Assembly: GCA_903879715.1 (NCBI GenBank)
Contig: CAIRMR010000016.1
Location: forward strand, 3,115-67,114
Reading direction: 5' to 3'
DNA: 64,000 bases
DNA from: an uncultured Bacteroidales bacterium
Lineage (GTDB): Bacteria; Bacteroidota; Bacteroidia; Bacteroidales; UBA4417
This document shows, one piece after another, positions 40,399 to 51,789 of the stretch. Every line of letters begins with the position of its first letter. Position 1 is the stretch's first letter. The position numbers and the translations under genes were made by a program. The notes under the pieces were generated by a model that ran no database searches, was not told the DNA's origin, and was given only the letters and a program-made list of their open reading frames with translations.

Positions 40399-40660
40399 GA
40401 ATTTGGATTTAGGTTTTAGTATCTAATCTTTTAAGTTGATGTTTTTTCTGGCACAATATTTCAGGAAGAAATTAAAAACATTAAACACAAAACACAAAAT
40501 GCAAAAGTATCGCACGCTCCCTTACTTTAGTGTTTATTATTCTGTGTTTTATGTTTTTCATTACTTTTTAATTCTGGCTTGTCCAGGTTAGGTTATAGGG
40601 ATTGCAGGATAGGGATTAGAAATAGAATCGTAAATCGTACTTCAAAAATCGAAAATTAAA

Positions 40661-42046
40661 ATGACTGACGATATTTTTCAGGGATACAAAGGTTTAGCAC
40701 TCGAAGTACTAAAGAAATACAATGTTCGCGTTTGGGGACAGGCTGTTATTAAAACTACTCGTGGTGAATTTGTAGGAACAGTACTTCCACGGTCCGAAAA
40801 TGATGATGACAGGCATATTGTAATGAAAATTCCTACCGGATACAATATCGGCCTTGATATCGCCACCATTGCCGGAATGAAAGAAACCGGCTATAAAAAA
40901 GCAAATTATAAAATTCCTGAAAAAGAATTTCCATATACCGAAGGATTACCGAAAGTAAAATTGATTGGCACCGGCGGTACTATTGCTTCGCGTCTGGATT
41001 ACCGCACCGGAGCTGTTATTCCTGCATTTTCGCCTGGCGAATTGTATGGCGCGGTTCCCGAACTGGCATCCATCTGCAACCTGACGACAGAGAAAGTCTT
41101 CGCTGTTTTCAGCGAAAATATGTCGCCGGATCATTACAAAAAGTTAGCGATTGCCATTGGCAAAGAAATTGAAGCCGGGGTTGATGGAATTGTAATCGGA
41201 CATGGAACAGATACACTGCATCACACTGCTGCCGCACTTACTTTTATGGTACAGAATTCACCGGTACCCATCGTGCTTGTAGGCTCTCAGCGTTCGAGCG
41301 ACCGCCCCAGTTCCGATGCAGCACTCAACCTGATGCACGCCTGTACGGCCGCCGGGCATGGCGACATAGCCGAAGTTATGGTTTGCATGTTTGGCCCTAC
41401 CAGTGATGAATATGGGTTTCTTCACAGGGGTACGCGTGTGCGAAAAATGCATTCGTCGTACCGATCGACTTTCCGTACAATAGGAGATACGCCATTAGCT
41501 ACCATCACGCGTAAAGGGCTGAAACCAATTAAGGAAACTTACAACCACAGGCGAAAAGACCGAAAAGTAACCATTTTACCCTATTTTGAAGAGAAAGTAT
41601 CAATCGTATATTATTACCCAAATATGCAGCCTGATATTATTGATTCACTGGTGGAGCATGGATATAAAGGAATAGTGATTGCCGGCACCGGTCTGGGACA
41701 TGTAAACAAGCCACTTTATCCGGCAATTGAGAGAGCCGCCAAAGCCGGCGTTGCCGTTTATATGACCGTTCAAACGCTTTGGGGATATGTGCATATGTTT
41801 GTTTATGATACAGGTCGCGACCTGATGGCGCTAGGCGTTGTGCCGTCCGAAAATATGCTGCCCGAGGTTGCTTATATAAAGTTAGGGTGGGCGTTGGGAC
41901 AAACCAGCGACCTGGAAGAAGTAAAACGGATAATGCTTGCGCCAATTAACGACGAAACTACTCCCCGCGAACCCTACAATGGGTACCTGATATACCAGGG
42001 CGGAGTAACAGAAGTAGAGGATTTTATAAGGAAGGTGCATAAATAA
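40661..42046 (+). CDS. gatD: Glu-tRNA(Gln) amidotransferase subunit D
   Basis: N-terminal GatD_N-like domain (G..LP...IVMKIPTGYNIG), TGGTIASRLDYRTGAV, HGTDT, GSQRSSDRPSSDA, RGTRVRKMHSS, MLPEVAYIKLGW.LG. Confidence 0.93.
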   Translation: MTDDIFQGYKGLALEVLKKYNVRVWGQAVIKTTRGEFVGTVLPRSENDDDRHIVMKIPTGYNIGLDIATIAGMKETGYKKANYKIPEKEFPYTEGLPKVKLIGTGGTIASRLDYRTGAVIPAFSPGELYGAVPELASICNLTTEKVFAVFSENMSPDHYKKLAIAIGKEIEAGVDGIVIGHGTDTLHHTAAALTFMVQNSPVPIVLVGSQRSSDRPSSDAALNLMHACTAAGHGDIAEVMVCMFGPTSDEYGFLHRGTRVRKMHSSYRSTFRTIGDTPLATITRKGLKPIKETYNHRRKDRKVTILPYFEEKVSIVYYYPNMQPDIIDSLVEHGYKGIVIAGTGLGHVNKPLYPAIERAAKAGVAVYMTVQTLWGYVHMFVYDTGRDLMALGVVPSENMLPEVAYIKLGWALGQTSDLEEVKRIMLAPINDETTPREPYNGYLIYQGGVTEVEDFIRKVHK

Positions 42047-42097
42047 TTCTTATCCGGAGTACGACCCGGTTTCACACCCTGAATAAGAATTGCTGTC

Positions 42098-45000
42098 TCA
42101 ATACATAGCGGGATAAAGCAATTTATCAATTGTTCCAAGCAATTTACTTTTACTTATCGGTTTTATTATATAATCATTACAACCGGCTAACCTTGCGGCA
42201 GCTTCATCGTCGGAAGAAATTAAACCTGAGAGAGCAATAATTGGCAAATCCGGCCGTATTTTCCTGATCTCTCTGGCTGATTCGAAGCCATCCATCCCAG
42301 GCATTTTCATATCGGTAAGTATGATACTTATTTCCGGAAAGTTCCGGCAGATTTCAATTGTTTCAAATCCATTGTAGGATCTAAAAACTTTAAAAGAAGC
42401 CTTTTTAAGAACAATTTCCAGGTATTTATAGTTGGAGTCATCATCTTCAGCAACAAGCACTATAAGGTTTTCGGGTTGAGCGGCCACTTCAACATCAGTT
42501 ATTTCTGCCGGAATTGATTTTTTTTCAGGCAGAGTGAAGCAGAATGTAGATCCTTCACTATTTGAGGATTCCACCCAAATTTCGCCGCCTAACAGTTTTA
42601 CAAATCCTTTTGCAATGGATAAGCCCAAGCCACTTCCTTCATATTCGCGGGAGGCTGATATATCGGCCTGCCTGAAAATCTCAAATATTACAGGCAGGGT
42701 TTCATCTGATATTCCCCGGCCTGTATCGCGAACAGAGAAAAGATGATTCCCGTCTTTGAAATCATAAGCTAAGGTTATGGACCCTTCTTTTGTAAACTTT
42801 ATCGCATTATCAATAAGGTGCGAAATTATTTTAGTCAGAAGAATCTCATCTGTCAGAATCCGGACCTCATTTTCAGGAGTTTTTAATATAATCTCCAGGT
42901 TCAGATTCCGTGAGGTAAAAGTATCAAAAGTCTGGTCTGTTATTTTTTCCAGAAGAGGTTTAAGGTTTATGGGGTATTTGTTGATTTCGGTAATTCCCGA
43001 CACAATCATCGAAATATCCATATAATTGGTAATGGTATTGATGAGCCTGGCACTACTTTTTTTAATCATTTTGTTGAACTCAATCCGATCCTCCTCTGAA
43101 CTGTCCATTTGCGTAATCATCTCACTGAATCCAATAATGCCATTCAGCGGGGTACGCAACTCATGAGTAATATTCTGGAGGAAAGCAGATTTAAGCTTAT
43201 CATTGGATTCTGCATATTCCTTGGCTTTCAAAAGCTCTTCACGGGCTTGTTTGCGTTCAGCAATATTACGGAATACACCTTGCAGAATCTGCCTTCCGTT
43301 AAGTTTCATTGTATTGGAAAGGACTTCAACCGGGATTTCGGTGCCGTCCGAACGAAGAATAACAGTTTCAATCGCAAACAGATCGCTAATGTTACGGACT
43401 TCATCAACATGTTTCCGGAATGATTTTTTCGAATGTTCAAAATACCTGGATGGATGAATCATGGTTTGGTGTAATGTCCTGATTTCATCCAGGGTGCGAC
43501 CAAGCATATTGCAAGCTGCAGTATTGGCATCTACAAGCATTCCGGTTTCAATATCGGCGAGAATTATAGCATCAGGTGATGCTTCAAAAAGCTCCCTGTA
43601 CCTTTCCTCACTTTCTTTTAATGCAGTTTCCGACTGAAGCCGTTTCGAGATATCTTCTTTAATTCCAAGGTAATGTGTTATTTTACCCTCAGCATCTTTA
43701 ATAGGCAATATTGAAGCGCTTTCGCAGAAATTTTCGCCATTTTTCTTTTTGTTATAAAAAATGCCGTTCCATTCTTTTCCTGCTTTTAAAGCTCGCCATA
43801 ACGATTTATATACATCCTGGGTTGTTTCACCAGATTTAAATATGGCTGGACTTTTCCCGATTAATTCATTAAAACTATAGCCCGAAATATTGCAGCCTGC
43901 CGGGTTCACATATTCCATTTTCCCATCAAGATCTGTTATAATAATTGTGTTCGGGCTTTGCTGAACTACTGCGGAAAGTTTACGTAATTCTTTTTCCGCC
44001 AGATAGCGTTTGCTGATATCCCGGCTCACACCCCTGTAACCTGAAATTTTTCCGGACTGATCATAAACCGGGACACCACTGGTTTCAACATGTACCAGAT
44101 GCCCGTCGCGGTGTTTATATTTATTAACCAAAAGGTAAAAAGGAAGCGTATTTTCTTCTGTCGACTCAATCCTGGCGTTTATCTCCGATAAAAATTCATC
44201 AGAGATAAAGTCGTAAGGTGATTTCCCTATGGTTTCCTCTGGTTTATAATCCAGGATAATCTCAAACTGTGGGCTAACATATCGGTACAAGCCATCAGCA
44301 TCGGTTTCCCATATTATATCAGAAGTAGATTCTACCAATGATTTATACTTTTCTTCGCTTTGCCTGAGTGTTTCTTCCGACTTTTTACGTTCAGTAATAT
44401 CGCGTATGATAGATTGGTAAGTCCCATCTGGCATCATTTTAGTATGCATTTCGATAGGGACAATATTGCCGTCACGCCGAAGTATGTCCCGCTCACTGAT
44501 TACCGTTTTGTCTTTTTTCAACAAATCGTATCTCAATGGCTTGTTTTTCAATACTTTTTGATCGAATAATTCAATTATATTAATCCCGATCAGGTTTTTC
44601 AGCGTTCGGCCGGTTAGCTTTTGCATGTAGGTATTTGCCTGGATGATAACGCCTTCCGGCGAACCGATTAAAATACCGTCGACGGCAAGTTCAATAAGTT
44701 CCCTGAAACGCCTTTCGCTGGTTTGCAAAGCTACATCAGCTTGTTTGCGTTCGGTGATATCCTGTGCCATAGCAATATTTACTTTTTTCCCAAAGTACGT
44801 GCCGTTGACAACACGCACTTCTTTTGGAAAAATTTCGCCATTTGACCTCAGACCCCAGAATTCAAATTGCTGTGGTTCGCCGGCAAAGGCCTTCTCAATC
44901 ATAGCCGCAATTGTCTCCATGTCATTTTTGCCAGGAGCAGCTACAAAAGAAGGATTTTTACCAACCAATACTTCATACGGATATCCGTACAGTTTTACGG

Positions 45001-45607
45001 CACCTTCATTTACATCCAGGAAGGTACCATTCTCATCCTGAATGTAGATAGCATCATTAACATTGTTGAATAATTCACGGTAACTGGTTTCACTGGCGGA
45101 TTGAATTTTATTGACATGTTTACTTACTGAAATATCAGCAAATGAAGCAAGCATAGCAACCGGCTCACCGGCAAGGTTTTTCACCAGACTTGCTGAAACC
45201 AGAATATCAAAAACAGATCCGTCTTTTTTTTGAGCTTCCAATTCACCTGTCCAACTTCCGTTCAGCCTGATGGCGTCTATTATTTCACTTGCTGTTTTAC
45301 CGGAATGCCAGAATTCAGCAACTGGTTTCCCAATAATCTCACTGCCGGAACTATACCCCAGCATTTTAAAAAATGCAGGATTTACATTAGTAAGATTACC
45401 CTGAAGGTCAGAAACAGCAATTGGATTTATTGATGATTCAATTACCAGGTCTTTAATATGTTTTGCTTCTTCAGTTTGCCTGAGCCGGATTACAGATGAG
45501 TCGTTTTCATACTTTTTTTTCAGTGATTCAAATGCATGCTTAACATCCCGCAACTCTTTTTTGAGTTGGCCGATAGTATGATTTTCATTATCAATATACT
45601 GGCTCAT
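42098..45607 (-). CDS. Hybrid multi-PAS histidine kinase with receiver domain
   Basis: About six PAS/PAC repeats (DITERK), HELRTPLNG, NAIKF, GSGLGL, C-terminal AEDD...DMKMPGMDG...KP. Confidence 0.93.
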   Translation of the reverse strand: MSQYIDNENHTIGQLKKELRDVKHAFESLKKKYENDSSVIRLRQTEEAKHIKDLVIESSINPIAVSDLQGNLTNVNPAFFKMLGYSSGSEIIGKPVAEFWHSGKTASEIIDAIRLNGSWTGELEAQKKDGSVFDILVSASLVKNLAGEPVAMLASFADISVSKHVNKIQSASETSYRELFNNVNDAIYIQDENGTFLDVNEGAVKLYGYPYEVLVGKNPSFVAAPGKNDMETIAAMIEKAFAGEPQQFEFWGLRSNGEIFPKEVRVVNGTYFGKKVNIAMAQDITERKQADVALQTSERRFRELIELAVDGILIGSPEGVIIQANTYMQKLTGRTLKNLIGINIIELFDQKVLKNKPLRYDLLKKDKTVISERDILRRDGNIVPIEMHTKMMPDGTYQSIIRDITERKKSEETLRQSEEKYKSLVESTSDIIWETDADGLYRYVSPQFEIILDYKPEETIGKSPYDFISDEFLSEINARIESTEENTLPFYLLVNKYKHRDGHLVHVETSGVPVYDQSGKISGYRGVSRDISKRYLAEKELRKLSAVVQQSPNTIIITDLDGKMEYVNPAGCNISGYSFNELIGKSPAIFKSGETTQDVYKSLWRALKAGKEWNGIFYNKKKNGENFCESASILPIKDAEGKITHYLGIKEDISKRLQSETALKESEERYRELFEASPDAIILADIETGMLVDANTAACNMLGRTLDEIRTLHQTMIHPSRYFEHSKKSFRKHVDEVRNISDLFAIETVILRSDGTEIPVEVLSNTMKLNGRQILQGVFRNIAERKQAREELLKAKEYAESNDKLKSAFLQNITHELRTPLNGIIGFSEMITQMDSSEEDRIEFNKMIKKSSARLINTITNYMDISMIVSGITEINKYPINLKPLLEKITDQTFDTFTSRNLNLEIILKTPENEVRILTDEILLTKIISHLIDNAIKFTKEGSITLAYDFKDGNHLFSVRDTGRGISDETLPVIFEIFRQADISASREYEGSGLGLSIAKGFVKLLGGEIWVESSNSEGSTFCFTLPEKKSIPAEITDVEVAAQPENLIVLVAEDDDSNYKYLEIVLKKASFKVFRSYNGFETIEICRNFPEISIILTDMKMPGMDGFESAREIRKIRPDLPIIALSGLISSDDEAAARLAGCNDYIIKPISKSKLLGTIDKLLYPAMY

Positions 45608-45617
45608 TAAAATATAT

Positions 45618-48600
45618 TTAGACTTTACTACCGCCTATTGTAAAACAGAAAGTACTTCCATTGTTTTCTACGCTTTCAACCCATATTTTGCCACCGTGTT
45701 TTTCAACAAATTCTTTACAAAGTATAAGTCCCAGCCCGGTTGAGAGTTCCCCATTAGTGCCTTTTGTTTTATTATTGACATCAAAATGGAATATTCGTTG
45801 CAGCTGTTCAGTATTCATACCTATTCCGGTATCTTTAACAGCTATGGTTACAAAATGTTCTTCCCTGGTAAATGCAGAAATCTGAACAGAACCATCACCC
45901 GGGGTAAATTTTACAGCATTCGACAATAAGTTTCGGATAATGGTCTGAAGCATATGAATATCAGCTTCAACTTTCAGCTCTTCAGGAATTTCAATCTTCA
46001 AATTAATACCTTTTAACTTCGCCGTATCAGCTATAGTATTGGTACAATTTTTTACTAATGGAAGGAGTAGTACTTTTTCAGGCTTAAACCTGGTAATTTC
46101 GCGATGTAAGAGTGACCATTCGAGCAGGTTTTCCAAAAGCTGATACAAATTATTTGCTGAATTCCGCATATATGTAACAATGGTCTTCAGCTCATCTTTA
46201 GGAAGAGTATCAATTTCTTCGTCCAGCACTTCAGTGAATCCAAGGAAAGTAGTAAAGGGGCTCCGTAAATCATGGGCTATAATAGAGAATAACTTATCTT
46301 TACTGTTATTAAGTGCCTGGAGATCTTCGGCATTTTTTTGTATTTTATCTTCAAATCTCTTTTGCTCTGTCAGGTCAATGATCACGCCTCTTGTTCCAAT
46401 GCACCTGTTATCAGATAGTATCGGAACGGTATGAATTGAAAAGGGGAAAGTGTCGCCATTTTTTGTGATGCCGGTCATAATGGCTCTGTCCGATTTCTTA
46501 TATTTAAAAACGGCTTCCATATGCAAATGTATATCCTCATAGTTATCGGAGGCAACAAGCTGATCAATAAGAATATACGAATCAACATCCTTATGTTGAT
46601 AGCCAAAAAGCCTTAATCCTGTATCATTCAGATAAACCAATTTACCACTAAAATCGGCTTCATAAATAGTTTCGGGAAGCAATTCAACAAGATCCTGGAA
46701 TTTTTGCCTGCTTTCGGTAAGTTCTTGCTCAATACGTTTTCGCTCAACTATTTCCTTTTCTAACTTCGAATTATGTATTCTCTGGACATTAATTCTGATA
46801 AATCCGTATATAATCGCAGCAATTACGATGAGTGCCAGAAGCAGGAACCACCATGTAAGGTAAACCGGCGGAGTAATCCGTATCGGATAGGATCGTTCAA
46901 CTTCGGTCCAGGCTCCCGATATATTTTTAGCTTTTACACAGAACACATATTTACCTGGTTTTAATCCTATATATCTTACTTTACCAAGTAAGGGCTGGTT
47001 TATATCCTGCCATTCCTCGTCGAATCCTTCGAGTTTGTATTTGTATTCTATTAAATCTTCGTTATAAAAGGAAATTGCCCTGAATTGAAACTGCACACTA
47101 TTATCAGTATAATTAATTGAAATTTTCCTTGATAATGAATGTTGAATGCCTCTGCTGTCTTCGGCATATAGGAGATGTATTACAGGTGTCGGAACAACAT
47201 TCTGATCAAAACCCGTTTCAAAGCAGGAAAGTCCGCGATCAGTACCGATCCATATCCGGCCTTTGGAATCGGATATTCCTGCAGACCGGTTGGTCTCCCA
47301 TCCTGCCAGCCCGTTATTTGAATTATAAATATCCAGTTTGCTTCCCCCGTCCCACCTGTAAACGCCATTATCGGAACCAATCCAAAAAAAGCCTTTGTGA
47401 TCCTGGAAAATAAAGAAAACCGGGCTGCTAATTTCAATTCCGTTTTTCTTAAACTTTGTTATCCTTCCATTTTCAATCACATAAAGTCCATGAATAGTAC
47501 CAACAAACTCAGTTTGCTTGCTGTCCTTAAAATAGGAATAAACATTATCCGCTTTCTTGTCGGCTGGTGAAGGAATTTTTCTGATTACATCATCATGCAC
47601 ATACCAAAGCCCACCGGAGCCTGCAAGAAAAATCCCCCCATCATCAGCCCGGAATATTTTTCGCAAAGTGCTTTTAATCTGATCATTATGCTGATATTCA
47701 ACAAGCTGGTCATTTAGCAGAAAAAAAAGTTTTCCGTCGATACCAACCCAAATTTTACCTGCTTTATCCTGCAAAACTGCCGATGTAATAGTATTCGTAT
47801 TAAAGTTATACCATTTAATAGCTCCGTTTGTTTGTAACTTCCCCAGGCCAGGACCAACGGAAGCGAACCATATATTTCCTGATTTGTCCTTCATCATATC
47901 AAGAACTCTCATGTTTTTCTGTTCTGATTCGGGGAAACCAATGGTTTTAAACGTATTATTATCGAAAACGGATAAACCTTTGTTATGGCCCAAAACGATC
48001 TTTCCGTCATTCATTTCGCAGATTGCCGATACTTCATTCTCACGCATTCCGTTTTTTTCGAGGTAACTTTTAATCTTGAAGTTATTAAACCTGCTTATAC
48101 CTCTTGTATCCGGGAACCAAATATTCTGTTCACGGTCAATAAATACCGAATTTGCCCCATCCGAAGTGAATCCATTCGAAATCATTAAGGGTACAGGAAT
48201 ATCACTTGAATCAGTAATCAGATATTTAGACCAATTGTTACCAAAGAAAACGTTGCCTTTTTTATCGGCTTCCATAAAAGTATTGTAATAAACTGAAGGG
48301 TGCTGCAATTGAAATTTATTGCTAACCAGTGTAAATCTGTTGCGCTGAATATACCCTATCCATTTTTCATTCAATACCCATAATTTTTCATCCGCCAGAT
48401 GCTTGTTTTCAAAACTAATTGCAACAACTTCGGGCCCATAAGGCTTTATCAGGGCATTCAGGCTCCAGTCGGTTTTACCGTTTTCGAAAAGGCAAATTCC
48501 GATTTTTGTGGAAAGATAAAAACCTTGTTTTTGGGAGATAACAGAATAAACATTGTTCAGCCGTTTATCATCCGATATTTTGAAATGGGTCCAGGCCTTG

Positions 48601-49085
48601 TTTTCGTAAATATAAAATCCGTCATAATTTCCCATGCAGAGTACTGCCCCATCATTTTTATATAGTATATCAAACGAGTTCATCCGGTGATTCTGCACAA
48701 TTGTGGCAGGAGGGAGTATTTTCTCCCACTTGTTGTTTATAAAAAAAGCAATGGTATCAACCGGATTTTCGGGCAATACCCAAATCACACCTTTTTCATC
48801 AATTTTAATTTTTTTATAATGCTGTTCAGGCAAGCCACTGCTATTGCCGTAGTTTGTGAAACTAAAACCGTCATATTTTGATACCCCGAAATTTGTGGCA
48901 AACCACATGATACCATTTTTATCCTGGCAGGCATCGTTAACATTCCTGGTAGGTAAGCCATCCTTGATGGAGTATGTTTTTATGAAATACTGCTGCGAAA
49001 AACCAGTCTGAAACACAAAAACAAAGAAAATAAGAACAAGAAAATTCCAGTAATTTATTTTTATATGTGATTTCAGATAAACCAT
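45618..49085 (-). CDS. Sensor kinase with Reg_prop beta-propeller, Y_Y_Y, TM, PAS and HK domains
   Basis: QDKNGIMWFAT-type repeats, YKYKLEGFD..W...PGKY.F.VKA, WWF TM, AHDLRSPF, NAVKF, GLGL. Confidence 0.92.
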   Translation of the reverse strand: MVYLKSHIKINYWNFLVLIFFVFVFQTGFSQQYFIKTYSIKDGLPTRNVNDACQDKNGIMWFATNFGVSKYDGFSFTNYGNSSGLPEQHYKKIKIDEKGVIWVLPENPVDTIAFFINNKWEKILPPATIVQNHRMNSFDILYKNDGAVLCMGNYDGFYIYENKAWTHFKISDDKRLNNVYSVISQKQGFYLSTKIGICLFENGKTDWSLNALIKPYGPEVVAISFENKHLADEKLWVLNEKWIGYIQRNRFTLVSNKFQLQHPSVYYNTFMEADKKGNVFFGNNWSKYLITDSSDIPVPLMISNGFTSDGANSVFIDREQNIWFPDTRGISRFNNFKIKSYLEKNGMRENEVSAICEMNDGKIVLGHNKGLSVFDNNTFKTIGFPESEQKNMRVLDMMKDKSGNIWFASVGPGLGKLQTNGAIKWYNFNTNTITSAVLQDKAGKIWVGIDGKLFFLLNDQLVEYQHNDQIKSTLRKIFRADDGGIFLAGSGGLWYVHDDVIRKIPSPADKKADNVYSYFKDSKQTEFVGTIHGLYVIENGRITKFKKNGIEISSPVFFIFQDHKGFFWIGSDNGVYRWDGGSKLDIYNSNNGLAGWETNRSAGISDSKGRIWIGTDRGLSCFETGFDQNVVPTPVIHLLYAEDSRGIQHSLSRKISINYTDNSVQFQFRAISFYNEDLIEYKYKLEGFDEEWQDINQPLLGKVRYIGLKPGKYVFCVKAKNISGAWTEVERSYPIRITPPVYLTWWFLLLALIVIAAIIYGFIRINVQRIHNSKLEKEIVERKRIEQELTESRQKFQDLVELLPETIYEADFSGKLVYLNDTGLRLFGYQHKDVDSYILIDQLVASDNYEDIHLHMEAVFKYKKSDRAIMTGITKNGDTFPFSIHTVPILSDNRCIGTRGVIIDLTEQKRFEDKIQKNAEDLQALNNSKDKLFSIIAHDLRSPFTTFLGFTEVLDEEIDTLPKDELKTIVTYMRNSANNLYQLLENLLEWSLLHREITRFKPEKVLLLPLVKNCTNTIADTAKLKGINLKIEIPEELKVEADIHMLQTIIRNLLSNAVKFTPGDGSVQISAFTREEHFVTIAVKDTGIGMNTEQLQRIFHFDVNNKTKGTNGELSTGLGLILCKEFVEKHGGKIWVESVENNGSTFCFTIGGSKV

Positions 49086-49687
49086 ATGTAAACAAAGACA
49101 ATAGTATTAATTGAACGATTTTAAATTTATTGGAATTGAACCTTTTTTCATAGGGATCCTATTTATTCATTGTTTAAGATGAAACGAGCGATTGTTGAAA
49201 TTCTTTCCCACAATATATTAATGCTCGTTGGCAAGTTCCAAGTAAAAATTCATAAAAACTTATTATGAACACATGAAACATATCTTTACTAACAGGTATC
49301 TGAAATCAATTTTACCTGGTAAGGAATTAGCGCAAATCCAGTAAATGGGTTAGAAATAATAGTCAGTCAATCAGGTTTGTACAGTTTAAAAGTACTGCAG
49401 AACATCAAACATTTTACAAATATAAATAAATCCAAAATGAAAATAAAATATATGTGTCATTTTAATGGTTTATGTTTACGTATGCAACAGCCGGAAATCA
49501 GATTTGGGAAGACAATTTTTTGCGTTAAAAATGGCGGGATAAACATTCCGATTCATAATATGTTAAATTTACATTGCATTACCTCTTGCCATCAACTAAA
49601 TCATTTTTTACTAAAGGAATATTCCTAACTATACATAACTAATTTCGCTTTTTATCACAATACCGAACAATTTCTGCTCTCTGCTCT

Positions 49688-51712
49688 ATGAACCATACCA
49701 ATCAACTGATACACGAAACCAGTCCGTACCTTCTTCAACACGCGCACAATCCGGTAAACTGGCTTCCCTTTGGAGCTGAAGCATTTGACGAAGCGGGCAG
49801 GAGAAATAAGCCTTTATTGATCAGCATCGGGTATTCATCATGCCATTGGTGTCATGTGATGGAACATGAGTCGTTTGAGAATGAAGAGATAGCCACCCTG
49901 ATGAACGCGAATTTTGTTTGTGTGAAAGTGGATCGTGAGGAACGACCTGATGTAGATCATGTTTATATGGATGCGGTGCAACAGATACATAACAGCGGTG
50001 GCTGGCCTTTGAATTGCTTCGCATTGCCCGATGGAAAGCCTTTCTGGGGTGGGACCTATTTCAGGCCTGAACAATGGATACAACTACTGACAAATATTGG
50101 CGAATTGTATAAAAACCGGTTTCCGGACCTCGAACAACAGGCAAATAAACTTGCAGAAGGAGTGGCAAGGCAGAATTACCTTTTGAACACTGAGTCAGTA
50201 GCCTCAAACACAACCATCGATTTTTCTTCCGTATTTGATCTCTTGTATAACTCCTTTGATTCTGAAAAAGGAGGATTAAGCGGATCTCCCAAATTTCCTA
50301 TGCCGGTAGTTTTGAATTTTATGTTGCAATACAGTACTCTTCAGAAAGATGAACCTGCACTCACCATGGTAGATTTAACACTGAAGAAGATGGCTTGCGG
50401 AGGCATTTACGACCAGGCAGGAGGTGGTTTTGCGCGGTATTCAACTGACAGCGACTGGAAAGTTCCGCACTTTGAAAAAATGCTTTACGACAACGCACAA
50501 CTTGTAAGCTTATATTCATTAGCTTATAAGCAAACAAAGAACCGGCTATACAAAGAAGTAATTGAGCAAACGATAGCGTTTGTAAACAGGGAACTTACCT
50601 CGACTGAAGGAGTTTTCTATTCCGCACTTGACGCGGATAGTGAAGGAGAAGAAGGACTTTTCTACACCTGGTCAGCCGAAGAATTTAATGAAGCTTTAGG
50701 CCATTATTCAGCCTTAGCCGGGGAGTATTATGGTATTGACGCGAAGGGTTTATGGGAGAATGGCCGGAATATTCTGCTTCGTCCCGTTAGTGATGATTTA
50801 TTTGCCCAACAGCATTTCCTGTCGGCAGAAGAGTTATCGTCATTAAGCGGTTTCTGCCGGGCTCAGCTGCTCAAAGCACGTTCGGAGCGTATTCGCCCCG
50901 GATTGGATGATAAAATGCTGGTAGCATGGAATTCACTCATGATCAGCGCACTGGTGGATGCCTATTTTGCCCTTGACAGGCTCGAATACCTGGAGTCGGC
51001 TATCCATGCCGCCAATTTCATTCTTATTAACCTGAAACGGCCGGATAACGGGCTTTTTCATACATGGAAAAACGAAAAATCTCAGATCAATGCCTTTCTC
51101 GACGATTATGCCTTTACCTGTGAAGCGCTTATAAAACTTTATTCGGCAACAACCGATGAACGTTGGCTGAACGAAGCCGGGTCGCTGGCATCGTATGTTG
51201 TTCAACATTTATACGAACCGGAATCAGGCTTTTTCTGGTATTCCGAAAATAAGGATAAACAAGTTTTTACCCGTAAGATTGAGATATATGATGGAGTAAT
51301 AGCATCGGGCAATTCGTTGATGGCTCACGTGTTAAATACCCTGGGAATTTTCCATCACAACGCTGATTATATTGAAAAAGTCCACCAGATGCTTTTATCA
51401 ATGGAAAGCCGGTTTACCCGATATCCTTCAGCATACGCAAACTGGGCTTCGCTTGCTTTTTCAGGTGCCGGTGATCAATATGTGATAGCTGTGGTTGGAA
51501 ACGAAGCAGTTTCAATTATTAAAAAACTGAAGGAGCAAAACCTTTTCAACGCTATGGTTTTTGGAAGCAAGGTTGAGAGCAACTTACCCTATTTCGAAAA
51601 CCGGTTTGTTGAAGGAAAAACGCTGATTTATGTTTGTTCGGGAACCTATTGCATGGCAGCTGTGGAAAGTGTGGAGGAAACAATCAAACTATTATCCGGT
51701 TATGGCGCATAA
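49688..51712 (+). CDS. Thioredoxin-domain protein, YyaL/SSP411 (DUF255) family
   Basis: [58 protein letters not shown]. Confidence 0.95.
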   Translation: MNHTNQLIHETSPYLLQHAHNPVNWLPFGAEAFDEAGRRNKPLLISIGYSSCHWCHVMEHESFENEEIATLMNANFVCVKVDREERPDVDHVYMDAVQQIHNSGGWPLNCFALPDGKPFWGGTYFRPEQWIQLLTNIGELYKNRFPDLEQQANKLAEGVARQNYLLNTESVASNTTIDFSSVFDLLYNSFDSEKGGLSGSPKFPMPVVLNFMLQYSTLQKDEPALTMVDLTLKKMACGGIYDQAGGGFARYSTDSDWKVPHFEKMLYDNAQLVSLYSLAYKQTKNRLYKEVIEQTIAFVNRELTSTEGVFYSALDADSEGEEGLFYTWSAEEFNEALGHYSALAGEYYGIDAKGLWENGRNILLRPVSDDLFAQQHFLSAEELSSLSGFCRAQLLKARSERIRPGLDDKMLVAWNSLMISALVDAYFALDRLEYLESAIHAANFILINLKRPDNGLFHTWKNEKSQINAFLDDYAFTCEALIKLYSATTDERWLNEAGSLASYVVQHLYEPESGFFWYSENKDKQVFTRKIEIYDGVIASGNSLMAHVLNTLGIFHHNADYIEKVHQMLLSMESRFTRYPSAYANWASLAFSGAGDQYVIAVVGNEAVSIIKKLKEQNLFNAMVFGSKVESNLPYFENRFVEGKTLIYVCSGTYCMAAVESVEETIKLLSGYGA

Positions 51713-51739
51713 TATTTCTGCGACTCGGATTGAAGAAAA

Positions 51740-51771
51740 TTTGGAGAATTGTAACTTTAAAGTTACCTTTG
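51740..51771 (+). promoter_or_regulatory. TA promoter with overlapping operator palindrome
   Basis: TTTG (51740-43), 20-nt spacer, TACCTTTG (51764-71); perfect palindrome GTAACTTTAAAGTTAC at 51751-51766. Confidence 0.75.
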
Positions 51772-51789
51772 TATATTATTGAATGACTC

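Noticed and set aside
40661-42046. Plain type I L-asparaginase (ansA)
   Set aside because: The extra N-terminal domain, the SQRSSDRPSSD motif and adjacency to gatE indicate GatD
49377-49628. 83-aa ORF in the divergent intergenic region
   Set aside because: TTG start, AT-rich and no family features
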